From positions 6,211 through 70,210 of the forward strand of contig JAUCBJ010005427.1 of NCBI GenBank assembly GCA_032718475.1: 64,000 bases of DNA. The letters are read 5' to 3'. Position 1 is the first letter of the stretch; each line of letters begins with the position of its first letter. Below are positions 11,256 through 25,260 of the stretch, in pieces. The position numbers were made by a program, and so were the translations under genes. A model generated the notes under the pieces. The model saw only the letters and a list, made by a program, of their open reading frames with translations. It was not told the origin of the DNA and did not search any database. This stretch comes from Nemertoderma westbladi. Lineage: Eukaryota > Animalia > Xenacoelomorpha.

Positions 11256-14200
11256 AACTCGCACACTAACTCCCACACTAACTCCCACTTTAACTCCCAC
11301 ACTAACTCTAACTCCCACTCCCACACTAACTCCCACTGTAACTCCCACTTTAACTCCCACACTAACTCCCACTCCCACTGTAACTCCCACACTAACTCCC
11401 ACTCCCACTGTAACTCCCACACAACCTCTAATTCCCACACTAACTCCCACTGTAACTCCCACTCTAACTCCCACACTAACAGCCACTCCCACTGTAACTC
11501 CCACACTAACTCCCACTCCCACTGTAACTCCCACTCTAACTCCCACACTAACTCTAACTCCCACTCCCACACTAACTCCCACTGTAACTCCCACTTTAAC
11601 TCCTACACTAACTCTAACTCCCACTCCCACACTAACTCCCACTGTAACTCCCACTGTAACTCCCACTTTAACTCCCACACTAACTCCCACTCCCACTGTA
11701 ACTCCCACTCTAACTCCCACACTAACTCCCACTATAACTCCCACTCTAACTCCCACTCTAACTCCCACACTAACACCCACTCTAACTCCCACACTAACTT
11801 CCACTCTAACTCTTAACTCCCACTGTAACTCCCACTCTAACTCTAACTCCCACTGTAACCCCCACTCTAACTTCCACGCTAACTCCCACACTAACTCCCA
11901 CTCCCACTGTAACTCCCACACTAACTCCCACTCCCACTGTAACTCCCACACAACCTCTTATTCCCACACTAACACCCACTGTAACTCCCACTCTAACTCC
12001 CACACTAACTCCCACTCCCACTGTAACTCCCACACTAACTCCCACTCCCACTGTAACTCCCACTCTAACTCCCACATTAACTCCCACTCTAACTCCCACA
12101 CTAACTCCCACTCCCACTGTAACTCCCACACTAACTCTAACTCCCACTCCCACACTAACTCTAACTCCCACACCAACTCCCATTCCCACACTAACTCCCA
12201 CTCTAACTCCCACAATAACTCCCACACTAACTCCCACTCTAACTCTAACTCCCACTGTAACTCCCACACTAACTCTAACTCCCACTCTAACTCCCACTCT
12301 AACTCTAACTCCCACTGTAACTCCCACACTAACTCTAACTCCCACTCTAACTCTAACTCCCACTCTAACTCTAACTCCCACTGTAACTCCCACACTAACT
12401 CTAACTCCCACTCTAACTCCCACTCTAACTCTAACTCCCACTGTAACTCCCACACAACCTCTAATTCCCACACTAACACCCACTGTAACTCCCACTCTAA
12501 CTCCCACACTAACTCCCACTCCCACTGTAACTCCCACACTAACTCCCACTCCCACTGTAACTCCCACTCTAACTCCCACATTAACTCCCACTCTAACTCC
12601 CACACTAACTCCCACTCCCACTGTAACTCCCACACTAACTCTAACTCCCACTCCCACACTAACTCTAACTCCCACACCAACTCCCATTCCCACACTAACT
12701 CCCACTCTAACTCCCACAATAACTCCCACTCTAACTCCCACACTAACTCCCACTCTAACTCTAACTCCCACTGTAACTCCCACACTAACTCCCACTCCCA
12801 CTGTAACTCCCACACAACCTCTAATTCCCACACTAACTCCCACTGTAACTCCCACTCTAACTCCCACACTAACTCCCACTGTAACTCCCACACTAACTCC
12901 CACTCCCACTGTAACTCCCACTCTAACTCCCACATTAACTCCCACTCTAACTCCCACACTAACTCCCACTCCCACTGTAACTCCCACACTAACTCTAACT
13001 CCCACACTAACTCTAACTCCCACACCAACTCCCATTCCCACTCTAACACCCACTCTAACTCCCACACTAACTCTAACTCCCACACAAACTCCCACTCCCA
13101 CTGTAACTCCCACACTAACTCTAACTCCCACTCTAACTCCCACACTAACTCCCACTCTAACTCCCGCTCCCACTCTAACTCCCGCTCCCACTCTAACTCC
13201 CACACTAATTCTAACTGCCACACTAACTCCCACTCTAACTCCCACACTAACTCCCACTCTAACTCCCACACTAACTCCCACTCCCACTGTAACTCCCACA
13301 CTAACTCTAACTCCCACTCCAACACTAACTCTAACTCCCACACCAACTCCCATTCCCACTCTAACACCCACTCTAACTCCCACACTAACTCTAACTCCCA
13401 CACAAACTCCGACTCCCACTCCCACTGTAACTCCCACACTAACTCTAACTCCCACTCTAACTCCCACACTAACTCCCACTCTAACTCCCGCTCCCACTCT
13501 AACTCCCGCTCCCACTCTAACTCCCACACTAATTCTAACTGCCACACTAACTCCCACTCTAACTCCCACACTAACTCCCACTCTAACTCGAACTCCCACA
13601 CTAACTCCCAGAATAACTCCCACTCTAACTCTAATTCCCACACTAACTCCCTCTAACTCCCACTCTAACTCCAACTCCCTCTCTAACTCCCACTCTATCT
13701 CCCACACTAACTGCCCCACTAACACCACCTCCCGCTCTATCTCCCACACTAACTCTAACTCCCGCTCCCACTCTAACTTCCACGCTAACTCCCACACTAA
13801 CTCCCACTCTAACTCCCACTTAACTCCCACTCCCACTCTAACTACGACACTAACTGCCACACTAACTCCCACTCCCACTGTAACTCCCATACTAACTCTA
13901 ACTCCCATACTAACTCCCACACTAACTCCCACACTAACTCCCACTGTAACTCCCACACTAACTCCCACTCCCACTCTAACTCCCACACTAACTCCCACTC
14001 TAACTCCCACTCCCACTCTAACTCCCACACTAACTGCCACTCCCACTGTAACTCCCACACTAACTCTAACTCCCACTATAACTCCCAGTCCCACTCTATC
14101 TCCCACTCCCACTGTAACTCCCACACTAACTCGCACTCCCACTCTAACTCCCACTCTAACTCCCACACTAATAACCCACTCTAACTCCCATTCCAACTCT

Positions 14201-17200
14201 AACTCCTACAGTAACTCTAACTCCCACTCTAACTCCCACACTAACTCCCACACCCACTCTAACCCCCACTCTATCTCCCACTCCCACTGTAACTCCCACA
14301 CTAACTCCCACTCCCACTATAACTCCCACTCGAACTCCCACTCTAACTCCCACACTAAATCCCTCTCTAACTCCCACTCTAACATCCACTCTAACTCGCA
14401 CACTAACTCCCACTCTAACTCTAACTCCCACAGTAACTCTAACTCCCACTCTAACTCCCACTCTAACTCCCACTCTAACTCCCACTCTAACTCCCACACT
14501 AACTCTAACTCCCACTCTAACTCACACTCTAACTCCCACTCTAACACCCACACTAACTCAGACTCTAACTCCCACTCTAACTCCCACTCTAACTCCCACA
14601 CTAACTCAAACTCCCACTCTAAATCCCACTCTAACTCCCACACTAACTCCCACACCGACTCTAACTCCCACACTAACTCCCACTCTAACTCCCACTCTTA
14701 CTCCCACTCTAACTCCCACTCTAACTCCCACACTAACTCTAATTCCCACTGTAACTCCCACACTAACTTCCACTCCCGCTCTAACTCCCACACTAACTCC
14801 CACTCTAAATCCCACTCTAACTCCCACACTAACTCCCATCCCACTCTAACTCCCACACTAACTCTAACTCCCACCCGAACTCCCACACTAACTCAAACTC
14901 CCACTCTAAATCCCACTCTAACTCCCACACTAACTCCCACACCGACTCTAACTCCCACACTAACTCCCACTCTAACTCCCACTCTTACTCCCACTCTAAC
15001 TCCCACTCTAACTCCCACACTAACTCTAATTCCCACTGTAACTCCCACACTAACTTCCACTCCCGCTCTAACTCCCACACTAACTCCCACTCTAAATCCC
15101 ACTCTAACTCCCACACTAACTCCCATCCCACTCTAACTCCCACACTAACTCTAACTCCCACCCGAACTCCCACTCCCACTCTAACTCCCACACTAACTCC
15201 TACTCTAACTCCCACACTAACTCACACACACTCTAACTCTCACTCTAACTCCCACTCTAACTCCCACTCTAACTCCCACGCTAACTCCCACTCTAACTCC
15301 CACACTAACTCCCTCTCTAACTAACACTCTAACTCCCACACTAACTCCCACCCTAACACCCACTCTAACTCCCACACTAACTCCCACTCTAACTCCCACA
15401 CTAACTCCCACTCTAACACCCATTCTAACTCCGACACTAACTCCCTCTCTAACCCCCATTCTAACTTCCACACTAAATCCCTCTCTAACTCCTACTCTAA
15501 CTCCCACACTAACTACCACTCTAACTCCCACTCTAACTCGAACTCCCACACTAACTCCCACACTAACACCCACTCTAACTCCCACAATAACTCCCACACT
15601 AACACCCACTCTAACTCCCACACTAACTCCCACACTAACACCCACTCTAACTCCCACACTAACTCCCACTCTAACACCCACTCTAACTCCCACACTAACT
15701 CCCTCTCTAACTCCCACACAAACTCTCACTCCCACTCTAACTCCCACTCCAACACTAACACCCACTCTAACTCCCACACTAACTCCCACACTAACACCCA
15801 CTCTAACTCCCACACTAACTCCCACTCTAACACCCACTCTAACTCCCACACTAACTCCCTCTCTAACTCCCACACAAACTCTCACTCCCACTCTAACTCC
15901 CACTCCAACACTAACTCCCACACTAACTCCCACTCGAACTCCCACTCGAACTCCCACTCGAACTCCCACTCTAACTCCCACTCTAACTCCCGCACTAACT
16001 CCCACTCTAACTCCCACTCTAACTCCCACTCTAACTCCCACACTAACTCCCACACTAACTCCCACACTAACTCACACTCTAACTCCCACTCTAACTCCCA
16101 CACTAAATCCCACTCTAACTCCCACTCTAACTCCCACACTAACTATAACTCCCACACTAACTCTAACTCCCACACTAACTCCCAATCCCACTCTAACTCC
16201 AACTCCCACTCTAACTCCCACTCTAACTCCCACTCTAACTCCCACTCTAACTCCCACACTAAATCCCACTCTAACTCCCACTCTAACTCCCACACTAACT
16301 CAAACTTCCACTCCCACACTAACTCTAACTCCCACACAAACTCCGACTCCCACTCCCACTCTAACTCCCACACTAACTCTAACTCCCACTCTAACTCCCA
16401 CTCTAACTCCCACTCTAACTCCCACTCTAACTACCACACTAACTCCCACTCCCACACTAACTCTAACTCCCACACTAACTCCCACTCTAACTCCCACTCT
16501 AACTCCCACTCTAACTCCCACTCTAACTCCCACACTAACTGCCACTCCCACTCTAACTCCCACACTAACCCTCACTCAACTCCCACACTAATTCCCACTC
16601 TAACTCTTATCTCTCACACTAACTCCCACTCCCACACTTACTCTAACTCCCACACTAACTCCCACTCCCACACTAACTCTAACTCCCATACTAACTCCCA
16701 CTCCCACACTAACTCCCACTCTAACTTCCACACTAACTCTAACTCCTACACTATCTCCCATTCTAACTCCCAATCTAACTCCACCACTAACTCCCACTCC
16801 CACACTAACTCTAACTCCCACACTAACTCCCACTCTAACTCCCACTCTAACTCCCCCACTAAATCCCTCTCTAACTCCCACTCGAATTCCCACACTTACT
16901 CCCACTCCCTCTCTAAATCCCACACTAACTCTAACTCCACACTAACTACCACTATAACTCTCACACTAACTCCCACTCCCACACTAACGCTAACTCCCAC
17001 ACTAACTCCCACTCTAACTCCCAATCCCACTCTAACTCCAACTCCCACTCTAACTCCCACTCTAACTCCCACTCTAACTCCCACTCTAACTCCCACACTA
17101 AATCCCACTCTAACTCCCACTCTAACTCCCACACTAACTCAAACTTCCACTCCCACACTAACTCTAACTCCCACACAAACTCCGACTCCCACTCCCACTC

Positions 17201-18470
17201 TAACTCCCACACTAACTCTAACTCCCACTCTAACTCCCACTCTAACTCCCACTCTAACTCCCACTCTAACTACCACACTAACTCCCACTCCCACACTAAC
17301 TCTAACTCCCACACTAACTCCCACTCTAACTCCCACTCTAACTCCCACTCTAACTCCCACACTAACTCTAACTCCCACACTAACTGCCACTCCCACTCTA
17401 ACTCCCACACTAACCCTCACTCAACTCCCACACTAATTCCCACTCTAACTCTTATCTCTCACACTAACTCCCACTCCCACACTTACTCTAACTCCCACAC
17501 TAACTCCCACTCCCACACTAACTCTAACTCCCATACTAACTCCCACTCCCACACTAACTCCCACTCTAACTTCCACACTAACTCTAACTCCTACACTATC
17601 TCCCATTCTAACTCCCAATCTAACTCCACCACTAACTCCCACTCCCACACTAACTCTAACTCCCACACTAACTCCCACTCTAACTCCCACTCTAACTCCC
17701 CCACTAAATCCCTCTCTAACTCCCACTCGAATTCCCACACTTACTCCCACTCCCTCTCTAAATCCCACACTAACTCTGACTCCACACTAACTACCACTAT
17801 AACTCTCACACTAACTCCCACTCCCACACTAACGCTAACTCCCACACTAACTCCCACTCTAACTCCCACACTAACTATAACTCCTACTCCCACACTAACT
17901 CCATCTCCACACTAACTCCCACTCTAACTCCCACTCCCACACTAACTCTAACTCCCACACTAACTCTAACTCCCACACTAACTCCCACACTAACTCCCTC
18001 TCTAACTACCACACTAACTTCCACTCCCTCTCTAACTCCCACACTATCTCCCACTCTAACTCCCACTCTAACTCCCACACTAACTCCCTCTCTAACTCCC
18101 ACACTAACTCCCTCTCTAACTCCCACTCTATCTCCCTCTCTAACTCCCACTCTAACTCCCTCTCTAACTCCCACTCCCACTCCCTCTCTAACTCCCACTC
18201 TAACTCCCACACTAACTCCCACTCCCTCTCTAACTCCCACTCTAATTCCCACACTAACTCCCTCTCTAACTCCCACTCTAACTCCCACACTAACTCCCAC
18301 TCTAACTCCCTCTCTAACTCCCACTCCCTCTCTAACTCCCACTCTAACTCCCACACTAACTCCCACTCCCTCTCTAACTCCCACTCTAATTCCCACACTA
18401 ACTCCCTCTCTAACTCCCTCTCTAACTCCCACTCTAACTCCCACACTAACTCCCTCTCTAACTCCCACTG
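11256..18470. repeat. 7.2-kb C-rich hexamer-mosaic satellite (AACTCC, CACTCT, CACACT, AACTCT, CACTGT)
   Basis: 6/12-bp periodicity; almost no G on +; internal duplications offset by 287 bp and 845 bp. Confidence 0.97.
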
Positions 18471-19407
18471 TTTGTTTCTCAGATGAATATTTACATTGAA
18501 TTAGAAACCTCATAATTACTGTGATTTATTTTCTTTCTTTCCAAACCAAAACATTAAGTAAATCACATTAGTTGTAGTTATTATCTATTTAATTTCGTCT
18601 TATATTTGTGACACTTAATTATTATTTAATTATCGCGCCACTAATAATAATTCAGCCATTCATTCATTCCATTAGCATTATGTTTCTAATTATTTATGTG
18701 TGCATTACATTGTAGAATGTCGGAGTGTTTACTATTTATTTGGAACGATAATTATAATAATCTGAATAATTTGAGAGATTATTAATTAAGTATAATTAAT
18801 ATATTATCAGGTTTGCGTGTAAATTATTATTTACACACAAAAATGTGTGTAAAGTATCACTTTACAGTACTGATTTACAGTACGGACGAACGTAGCGAGT
18901 GAATATAAAGCCACGAGGATCTGAACTCTGGAAAGTTCGTTGTTTTATTCCAAATTAATCCATTACGAAACTATTGCTTTGAAGAAGCTTATTAAATAAA
19001 AATATAAATTTTTATTGGATTTTCTCGAATTTTATGTTAGAAATTGATACCGACCGATACGCATCAAAGTAGAAAGTCAGAAGTAATATAGCAATATAGT
19101 TCCACACTTACAGAAAAGTAATAAAAGTTTCGGCTTAAGTTTCATTCTAACCAAACAAAAATGTTCAGCTGTAATGTGATATGTTGTAATTAATGTCAAA
19201 TAAAATTTATTTTAACTTCCCAAAAAGGCACTGAATTATAAAATAAGAAGGTATTCAGTATTTTGCTCTCGCCTTCTAGTGCTAATTTTTGTAATAATAA
19301 TTTTTCAAGCATTCAGCATATTTTCGTGTGAACACGATTTTATTACTAAATCCGTAAATATTTATTAGTTTCAAACATTAAGAAGTAAGATTTATCAATG
19401 TGTCATA

Positions 19408-20474
19408 CAAGGATGTTTTACGTTACGTTACGTTACGGTATTAGGTTACGTTACGGTTGAAAAACTTAACTTTTTACGTTACGATATTACATTACGGAAT
19501 AATTTACAAATTACGTTACGTTACTGTATTCCGAAAAAAATAATTGCGTATTACCGAAAATACCGTAATGTAATAACCGGTTCAGATTCCATAGGACCAC
19601 AAAGAGGTATTTAAACTTTCATCACATTTTTGTCTGAAAATCGGAAAACTATAATTTCAATGTTTTGAAATTGGAAATTAACTTAACCAGAAAATTAACT
19701 TTAAATTGCCCGATTTATTGATAATTATTCTGTATTCCTGTGAAGCACCAAGACCCGCGTTACCGGTACTGACGGTATTCCAGTTACTCCCTTAACTCCG
19801 GTATAAAACCTTATTATTATTTTCCATATAATAAACTATGAATCTATTAATTTTGAAATTAACTCAGAAACTTTGTGAGTTGAAAATCAGGACGAGATTT
19901 ATTGTGTTCTAGAACTCTCTATTTAGTCGCCTTCAGATTGGTCAAATTTTAAGTGTTGCTGGAACTCTAAACAGATTAATTTATCGAGTCCTCAAAACTA
20001 TTATTTAGGTCATGTATCATATCATATAGGTTATGTAGTTTATGTTGTTTTTGTGATATTGTAGGCCTACTTGTTAAGTAGCCTATACTGAAGAAATGCG
20101 CGTAGAATTAAATTTTGGCAATATTGGTAGGGGGACTTCATCATAAATAACTGGAGAAGCCAGGAAGCTGGCTATAAGGATACCGTGTACAGACAAACAA
20201 AACGTAGTAAAAAAATGATGCTTTATATTGAATTAGCTAGAAGGTGCAAGTGAAAGTGACAGTTTTTGTCGAAAGATTTACTTTTTTGTCCAAAATGATT
20301 GCTTGGTAGATAAAACAAATATTACGCTATTACGTTACGGTTTACGGAAAAAATATACAGTAAAATTACGTTACGGTATTTAAAAAGCTATTACGTTACG
20401 GTTTACGTTACGGAAAAATATTGATCCACCGTATTCCTGAAAAGCTACCGTAACGTAACGTAATAACATCCTTG
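19408..20474. mobile_element. Non-autonomous hAT-like element, 1067 bp
   Basis: TIR CAAGGATGTT.TACGTTACGTTACG at both ends; perfect 8-bp TSD GTGTCATA (19400-19407, 20475-20482); subterminal CGTTA repeats. Confidence 0.9.
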
Positions 20475-21232
20475 GTGTCATAGAAATGGAAATAAGTGTG
20501 CCTACAACCCTAATGTAATTGTTGTTGTATATCCAGGTTAGTTATAGAAGTTGTAAAATTTACTGGTAATTGGTTTGCTATTTAATTATGTTTATAATTA
20601 TTTTTAAATTGTGTATATATATTATTTGTTGTTGTACTGGGAGCCAATCCAAATACTAAGGACTACTTTTATACATAAACATAGAGAAAATGAATGCAGT
20701 AAACCTTCTATAATGCCAGTACTAACGTAGCTCAGTGTTTTTACAGGTAGACCAATTTAATAAATACGGTTTGGTTAGCTGTTTGTATTACAAATTTATT
20801 GTTATCCAATTATTGGTGGAATGGTTTTTATATTTCAAGTATGTACTTAACTAATTAAATCTCGTGTGCCTAAAATTACACTTTTTCTGATATGTCGGGG
20901 ATGTTAATACTGCAGTTATGGAAATTCTCTAATAAAGATTGATGGTAAAGGTACAGTGAGTTCTATGGACTGCCTCTAGGAGGCGTAATGAGATTGCTAA
21001 AACAGGGTACTTGTGGTATATATACCATATGCGAGCTTTGTGTCCTTAATAAATACCATGTTCTAGAAGTTCTTGGTTGAATTCATTATAAAACAAATAC
21101 ACAGAATACGACCCCTTAATCACTACTGCCATCTTCATTCTTATTTTCAAATTCATCAATCCAAATGCCTACCCATACTCTCCCGTTTCCAACGACTACA
21201 ACCCTCTCCGGCCCCTGTCCCCTTGGAACGGC

Positions 21233-22158
21233 AGATGTTTTGTTGCTGTTTATTCATCCATCGTCCCCTTCAGTAACTAGCGGCTGATGGTTTGTTGCTG
21301 TTTATTCATCCATCGTCCCATTCAGTAACTAGCGGCTGATGGTTTGTTGCTGTTTATTCATCCATCGTCCCATTCAGTAACTAGCGGCTGATGGTTTGTT
21401 GCTGTTTATTCATCCATCGTCCCATTCAGTAACTAGCGGCTGATGGTTTGTTGCTGTTTATTCATCCATCGTCCCCTTCAGTAACTAGCGGCTGATGGTT
21501 TGTTGCTGTTTATTCATCCATCGTCCCCTTCAGTAACTAGCGGCTGATGGTTTGTTGCTGTTTATTCATCCATCGTCCCATTCAGTAACTAGCGGCTGAT
21601 GGTTTGTTGCTGTTTATTCATCCATCGTCCCATTCAGTAACTAGCGGCTGATGGTTTGTTGCTGTTTATTCATCCATCGTCCCATTCAGTAACTAGCGGC
21701 TGATGGTTTGTTGCTGTTTATTCATCCATCGTCCCATTCAGTAACAGCGGCTGATGGTTTGTTGCTGTTTATTCATCCATCGTCCCATTCAGTAACTAGC
21801 GGCTGATGGTTTGTTGCTGTTTATTCATCCATCGTCCCATTCAGTAACTAGCGGCTGATGGTTTGTTGCTGTTTATTCATCCATCGTCCCATTCAGTAAC
21901 TAGCGGCTGATGGTTTGTTGCTGTTTATTCATCCATCGTCCCATTCAGTAACTAGCGGCTGATGGTTTGTTGCTGTTTATTCATCCATCGTCCCATTCAG
22001 TAACTAGCGGCTGATGGTTTGTTGCTGTTTATTCATCCATCGTCCCATTCAGTAACTAGCGGCTGATGGTTTGTTGCTGTTTATTCATCCATCGTCCCCT
22101 TCAGTAACTAGCGGCTGATGGTTTGTTGCTGTTTATTCATCCATCGTCCCATTCTGTA
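21233..22158. repeat. 52-bp minisatellite TGGTTTGTTGCTGTTTATTCATCCATCGTCCCATTCAGTAACTAGCGGCTGA, about 18 copies
   Basis: Tandem periodicity seen directly; degenerate edge units. Confidence 0.97.
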
Positions 22159-22383
22159 ATTAACAACTATGCTGTAAAATGGATGTCAAACATAATTAAT
22201 TCAAAAAAATATTTTGTGAAAATATTCTTGAGCAAAACATATTTGTCCTCGAAAAAATAGTTGAAATAAAATAAATGTTCGATAACACTTTCAAAAAAAA
22301 GTACAAAACTAGCTAGTATAAAACATTAGGGAGGTTTGCAAACAACATAATTGAGTTTCGACTAAATTCTCGCCCCGGATTTT

Positions 22384-23322
22384 TTAGTTCATCTTTAGTT
22401 TCATTTTCGTCTTTATGGGGTCGATCTGCTCTCCTTCGGTCTCTGCCGCGTACCATATTGGGTGATCTACTTTATTAACTCTTTCACTATTACCATTGAG
22501 ATTGGATTGAACATTGAGATTATTCCACCACCCACCTCCAATTACTTTGGCGAGGTTCATCTGCTCATGTTTGTCATTATCATTATCTCTAGTTGAGAAC
22601 ATCATCTTGTTGGTAGTAACTGATACTTTGTTACTTGTTTTTATTTTTATCATAGCATTTCCAGCTGTTGAAGTTGTGTTGTAACCGCTGATATGTAAAA
22701 TGTAATTAGTTTCTTTTGATCCAACAGAGAATACATCATATATGGCGAAGGTCTGTTTGTTTCTGTACCACAAATCAACGCGTAGAGTGGATTTCTGCTG
22801 TTTATTAATAACCGACAAATGGTGAATCTTTTCTAGACCGACCCAGAAGCTCTTGGTAATATCGCCAAACCCGACTTCGTATTCCTTCCAATTTCGGTTG
22901 AAATTAAATCTCATGTCTTCGCGTCTTTGGATAACGACCCAAGGAACTCCATCTTCCATCTCGCAACTTATTGTTTTTAACTCGGGAAGTCCGAAACATT
23001 CGCTGGTAGGGTTATCTTCCAAGGGAGCCGCGCACGGAAAAATAGCGCGACACTTCCTCATTAGCCGTTCTTCCTCATTCCATCTGGCTTTGTCCGTCAA
23101 CCAAACACCGACACCGACTACAATCCCGACCGCCACAACCACAATACTAATTACCAGTCCGTAAAATAATCGTTTATTTTTCAGTCTATCATTTTGAATT
23201 CTCCTTAATTGCGCTTTGCGTTTGAATTTCCTCAACTTGTCTGGCTCCTCTTGCGCTGTATCGTATGATTGATCCTCTGCAGTTTCAAAGGATTCCTCTT
23301 CGGATGCGATAGAAGATGGCAT
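22384..23322 (-). CDS. Intronless type II membrane fibrinogen-related domain (FReD) protein, FIBCD1/ficolin-like architecture, 312 aa
   Basis: Basic cytoplasmic segment, TM LFYGLVISIVVVAVGIVVGVGVWL, then FReD motifs CEM..WVVIQRR, FNRNWKEYEVGFG, FWVGLEKIH, FSTRDNDND, GGWW..SNLNG. Confidence 0.92.
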   Translation of the reverse strand: MPSSIASEEESFETAEDQSYDTAQEEPDKLRKFKRKAQLRRIQNDRLKNKRLFYGLVISIVVVAVGIVVGVGVWLTDKARWNEEERLMRKCRAIFPCAAPLEDNPTSECFGLPELKTISCEMEDGVPWVVIQRREDMRFNFNRNWKEYEVGFGDITKSFWVGLEKIHHLSVINKQQKSTLRVDLWYRNKQTFAIYDVFSVGSKETNYILHISGYNTTSTAGNAMIKIKTSNKVSVTTNKMMFSTRDNDNDKHEQMNLAKVIGGGWWNNLNVQSNLNGNSERVNKVDHPIWYAAETEGEQIDPIKTKMKLKMN

Positions 23323-23497
23323 ATCGGAGAAACGTTAATAAACTGATTGTAATTTTTATATAATTTTACAGGCGACTCTTACACTGTATACGGCGATATA
23401 AACTCTAGGTTAATTTGCATGTATTATTTATCTTTACGTTATTAGCTAGTGTAATAATATAATAATTCTAGAACATCGTTTTTTGTACTTCACAACC

Positions 23498-23575
23498 TAC
23501 ACAATGCCACGGAATAATGTGTGGTAATTCAATGACATGCCCCCCCCCCCCCCCCCCCACTCCAAATTTTTTATA
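23498..23575 (+). mobile_element. Solo MITE terminus related to the 8924-9649 element and to the 37-bp satellite monomer
   Basis: TACACAATGCCACGGAATAATGTGTGGTAATTCAATGACA + poly-C + CCAAATTTT; same layout as the reverse complement of 9575-9649. Confidence 0.6.
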
Positions 23576-25260
23576 CTAGTCTAAGGTCACTCGAACATCT
23601 TCAGTTTCAGTAGGTTAAGGGTCTAGCAATGGATTACTCTGATTGGCTAATAACGAAACTCTTTAATACTAGATTCATCTGAAACGAAATCTCACAATTC
23701 TCGCGGAGATAATCCCACAATATATTCTGTACACTTCAGGAGGGTCGAAATGATTGACTTCCAGTTACCGAGATAATCGCAATTAATGTGTAACACGCCA
23801 GTGTAAATATTACTAATTTCCCATTGAATCACAGCTTATTGTGAAATTAATTAAATTATTCTGGAACATCACCAATTTGCTACTTACTCTTCCCTTCTGT
23901 TCATTTTGTTTGGATTGTGTTACACAAATTTACACAGATGAATAAATATATGATCCGCAAAATAAAATTTTATAGACTTTTTTTAAATAAAAAATATAAT
24001 ATAAAATAAAAATAAAAAAATATAAAATATAAAATACAAAATGTGGTTCGGATTGATTGCGAATTACTTTTATGGTTTTTTTGCCAGATTGACTCGAGTA
24101 TTAGGCACTCAATGCGGAAAACAACTCAAAGAGGGTAGCAATATAAACCATAACAAAAAGATTTAAAGAGCAGCACCAATATTATGTGGCAAGAAGATTA
24201 CCGCGATAATATAATGTCACTCTTATCTGAGAGATCACAGCTAATAATACAGTATAACCTAAATACGATACATTTGACACAAAATCTAAAATCTTACCGT
24301 TCAAGTACACATTTACTGCACGCTTAAGTTTATATGGCGAAAAATAAACACAATGAGATTTAAATATAATATCAAATTCAACTCCATATTATTCTTCACA
24401 GATTTTTAACAACACTCTGAGACCAGTTACACTTGGAGAAATTAGAGATACCAGTAGATCATCCCTATAATGATTTATACTTTTACCTGAAACCCGGCAA
24501 CCAACTGCACAACTAGGCCTATTTAATCTTTGGCTTAGACCGTTGAGATAAATAAATATTAAATAATAATTAAGTCATAATATAGAAGTGCAAGATTGCG
24601 GGTTTTACAACGAGGAAGGAAATCAATTACGTCCTGTTTTTTTTTCACAATAATAATTATTTTGCACTGAATGCCCAAGCTACTTTACTTTACTTTACTG
24701 TTAAATTTATTTTTACCATCTAATTTAGGTTATTATTGGAGAAACAGGATGATATCTGATCTCTGATATCCGTTAATGATATCTAGAGTACATTCCGAAG
24801 ACGAAATATAAAGCCACAGGTGAATAAATATTGCTAATATTTATGTAACGTCCAACACGTAACGTCCGACACCATTCCGCACAACTTTGAATTGCAAATA
24901 TCGGCTTCAAAGGATCTGCAGTGCAATTGCGAACACCTTTTCGAAAAATAGAATCATAGTTGAGCGACAATTTGAGCCCAAAAATAATCACATACCAGTC
25001 TTCGGCATTAATTGCAATGAAAAGTAAAATATGTACAATAAAAAGTGTCCTATTTTTGTAACGTCCGACACCTTTTTAAAAGTCAACTGTGCAAGAAGAA
25101 TAACGTTTCCCAATGCAGAGTATTTGCGATATTCTAAGTTCTATATTTTAAGTGTAATCACCGCCCAGGAAAAACATTTCATTCATTTTGATTAGATGTG
25201 TTAATTTTCAGTCTGCACACACCCACCCCCCCCCCCCCCCCCCACCCTCCTTTCTGGCTC

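Noticed and set aside
11256-18470. True or interstitial telomere array
   Set aside because: Canonical TTAGGG/TTAGG runs are essentially absent; only the hexamer period and strand skew are similar
11186-18513. WELEWELV and VGVRVGVS repeat ORFs
   Set aside because: Translations of a hexamer satellite, open in overlapping frames with no gene structure
23341-23362. TATA box plus Inr for the FReD gene
   Set aside because: TATA-to-TCAGTT spacing is about 17 nt, too short for a canonical core promoter
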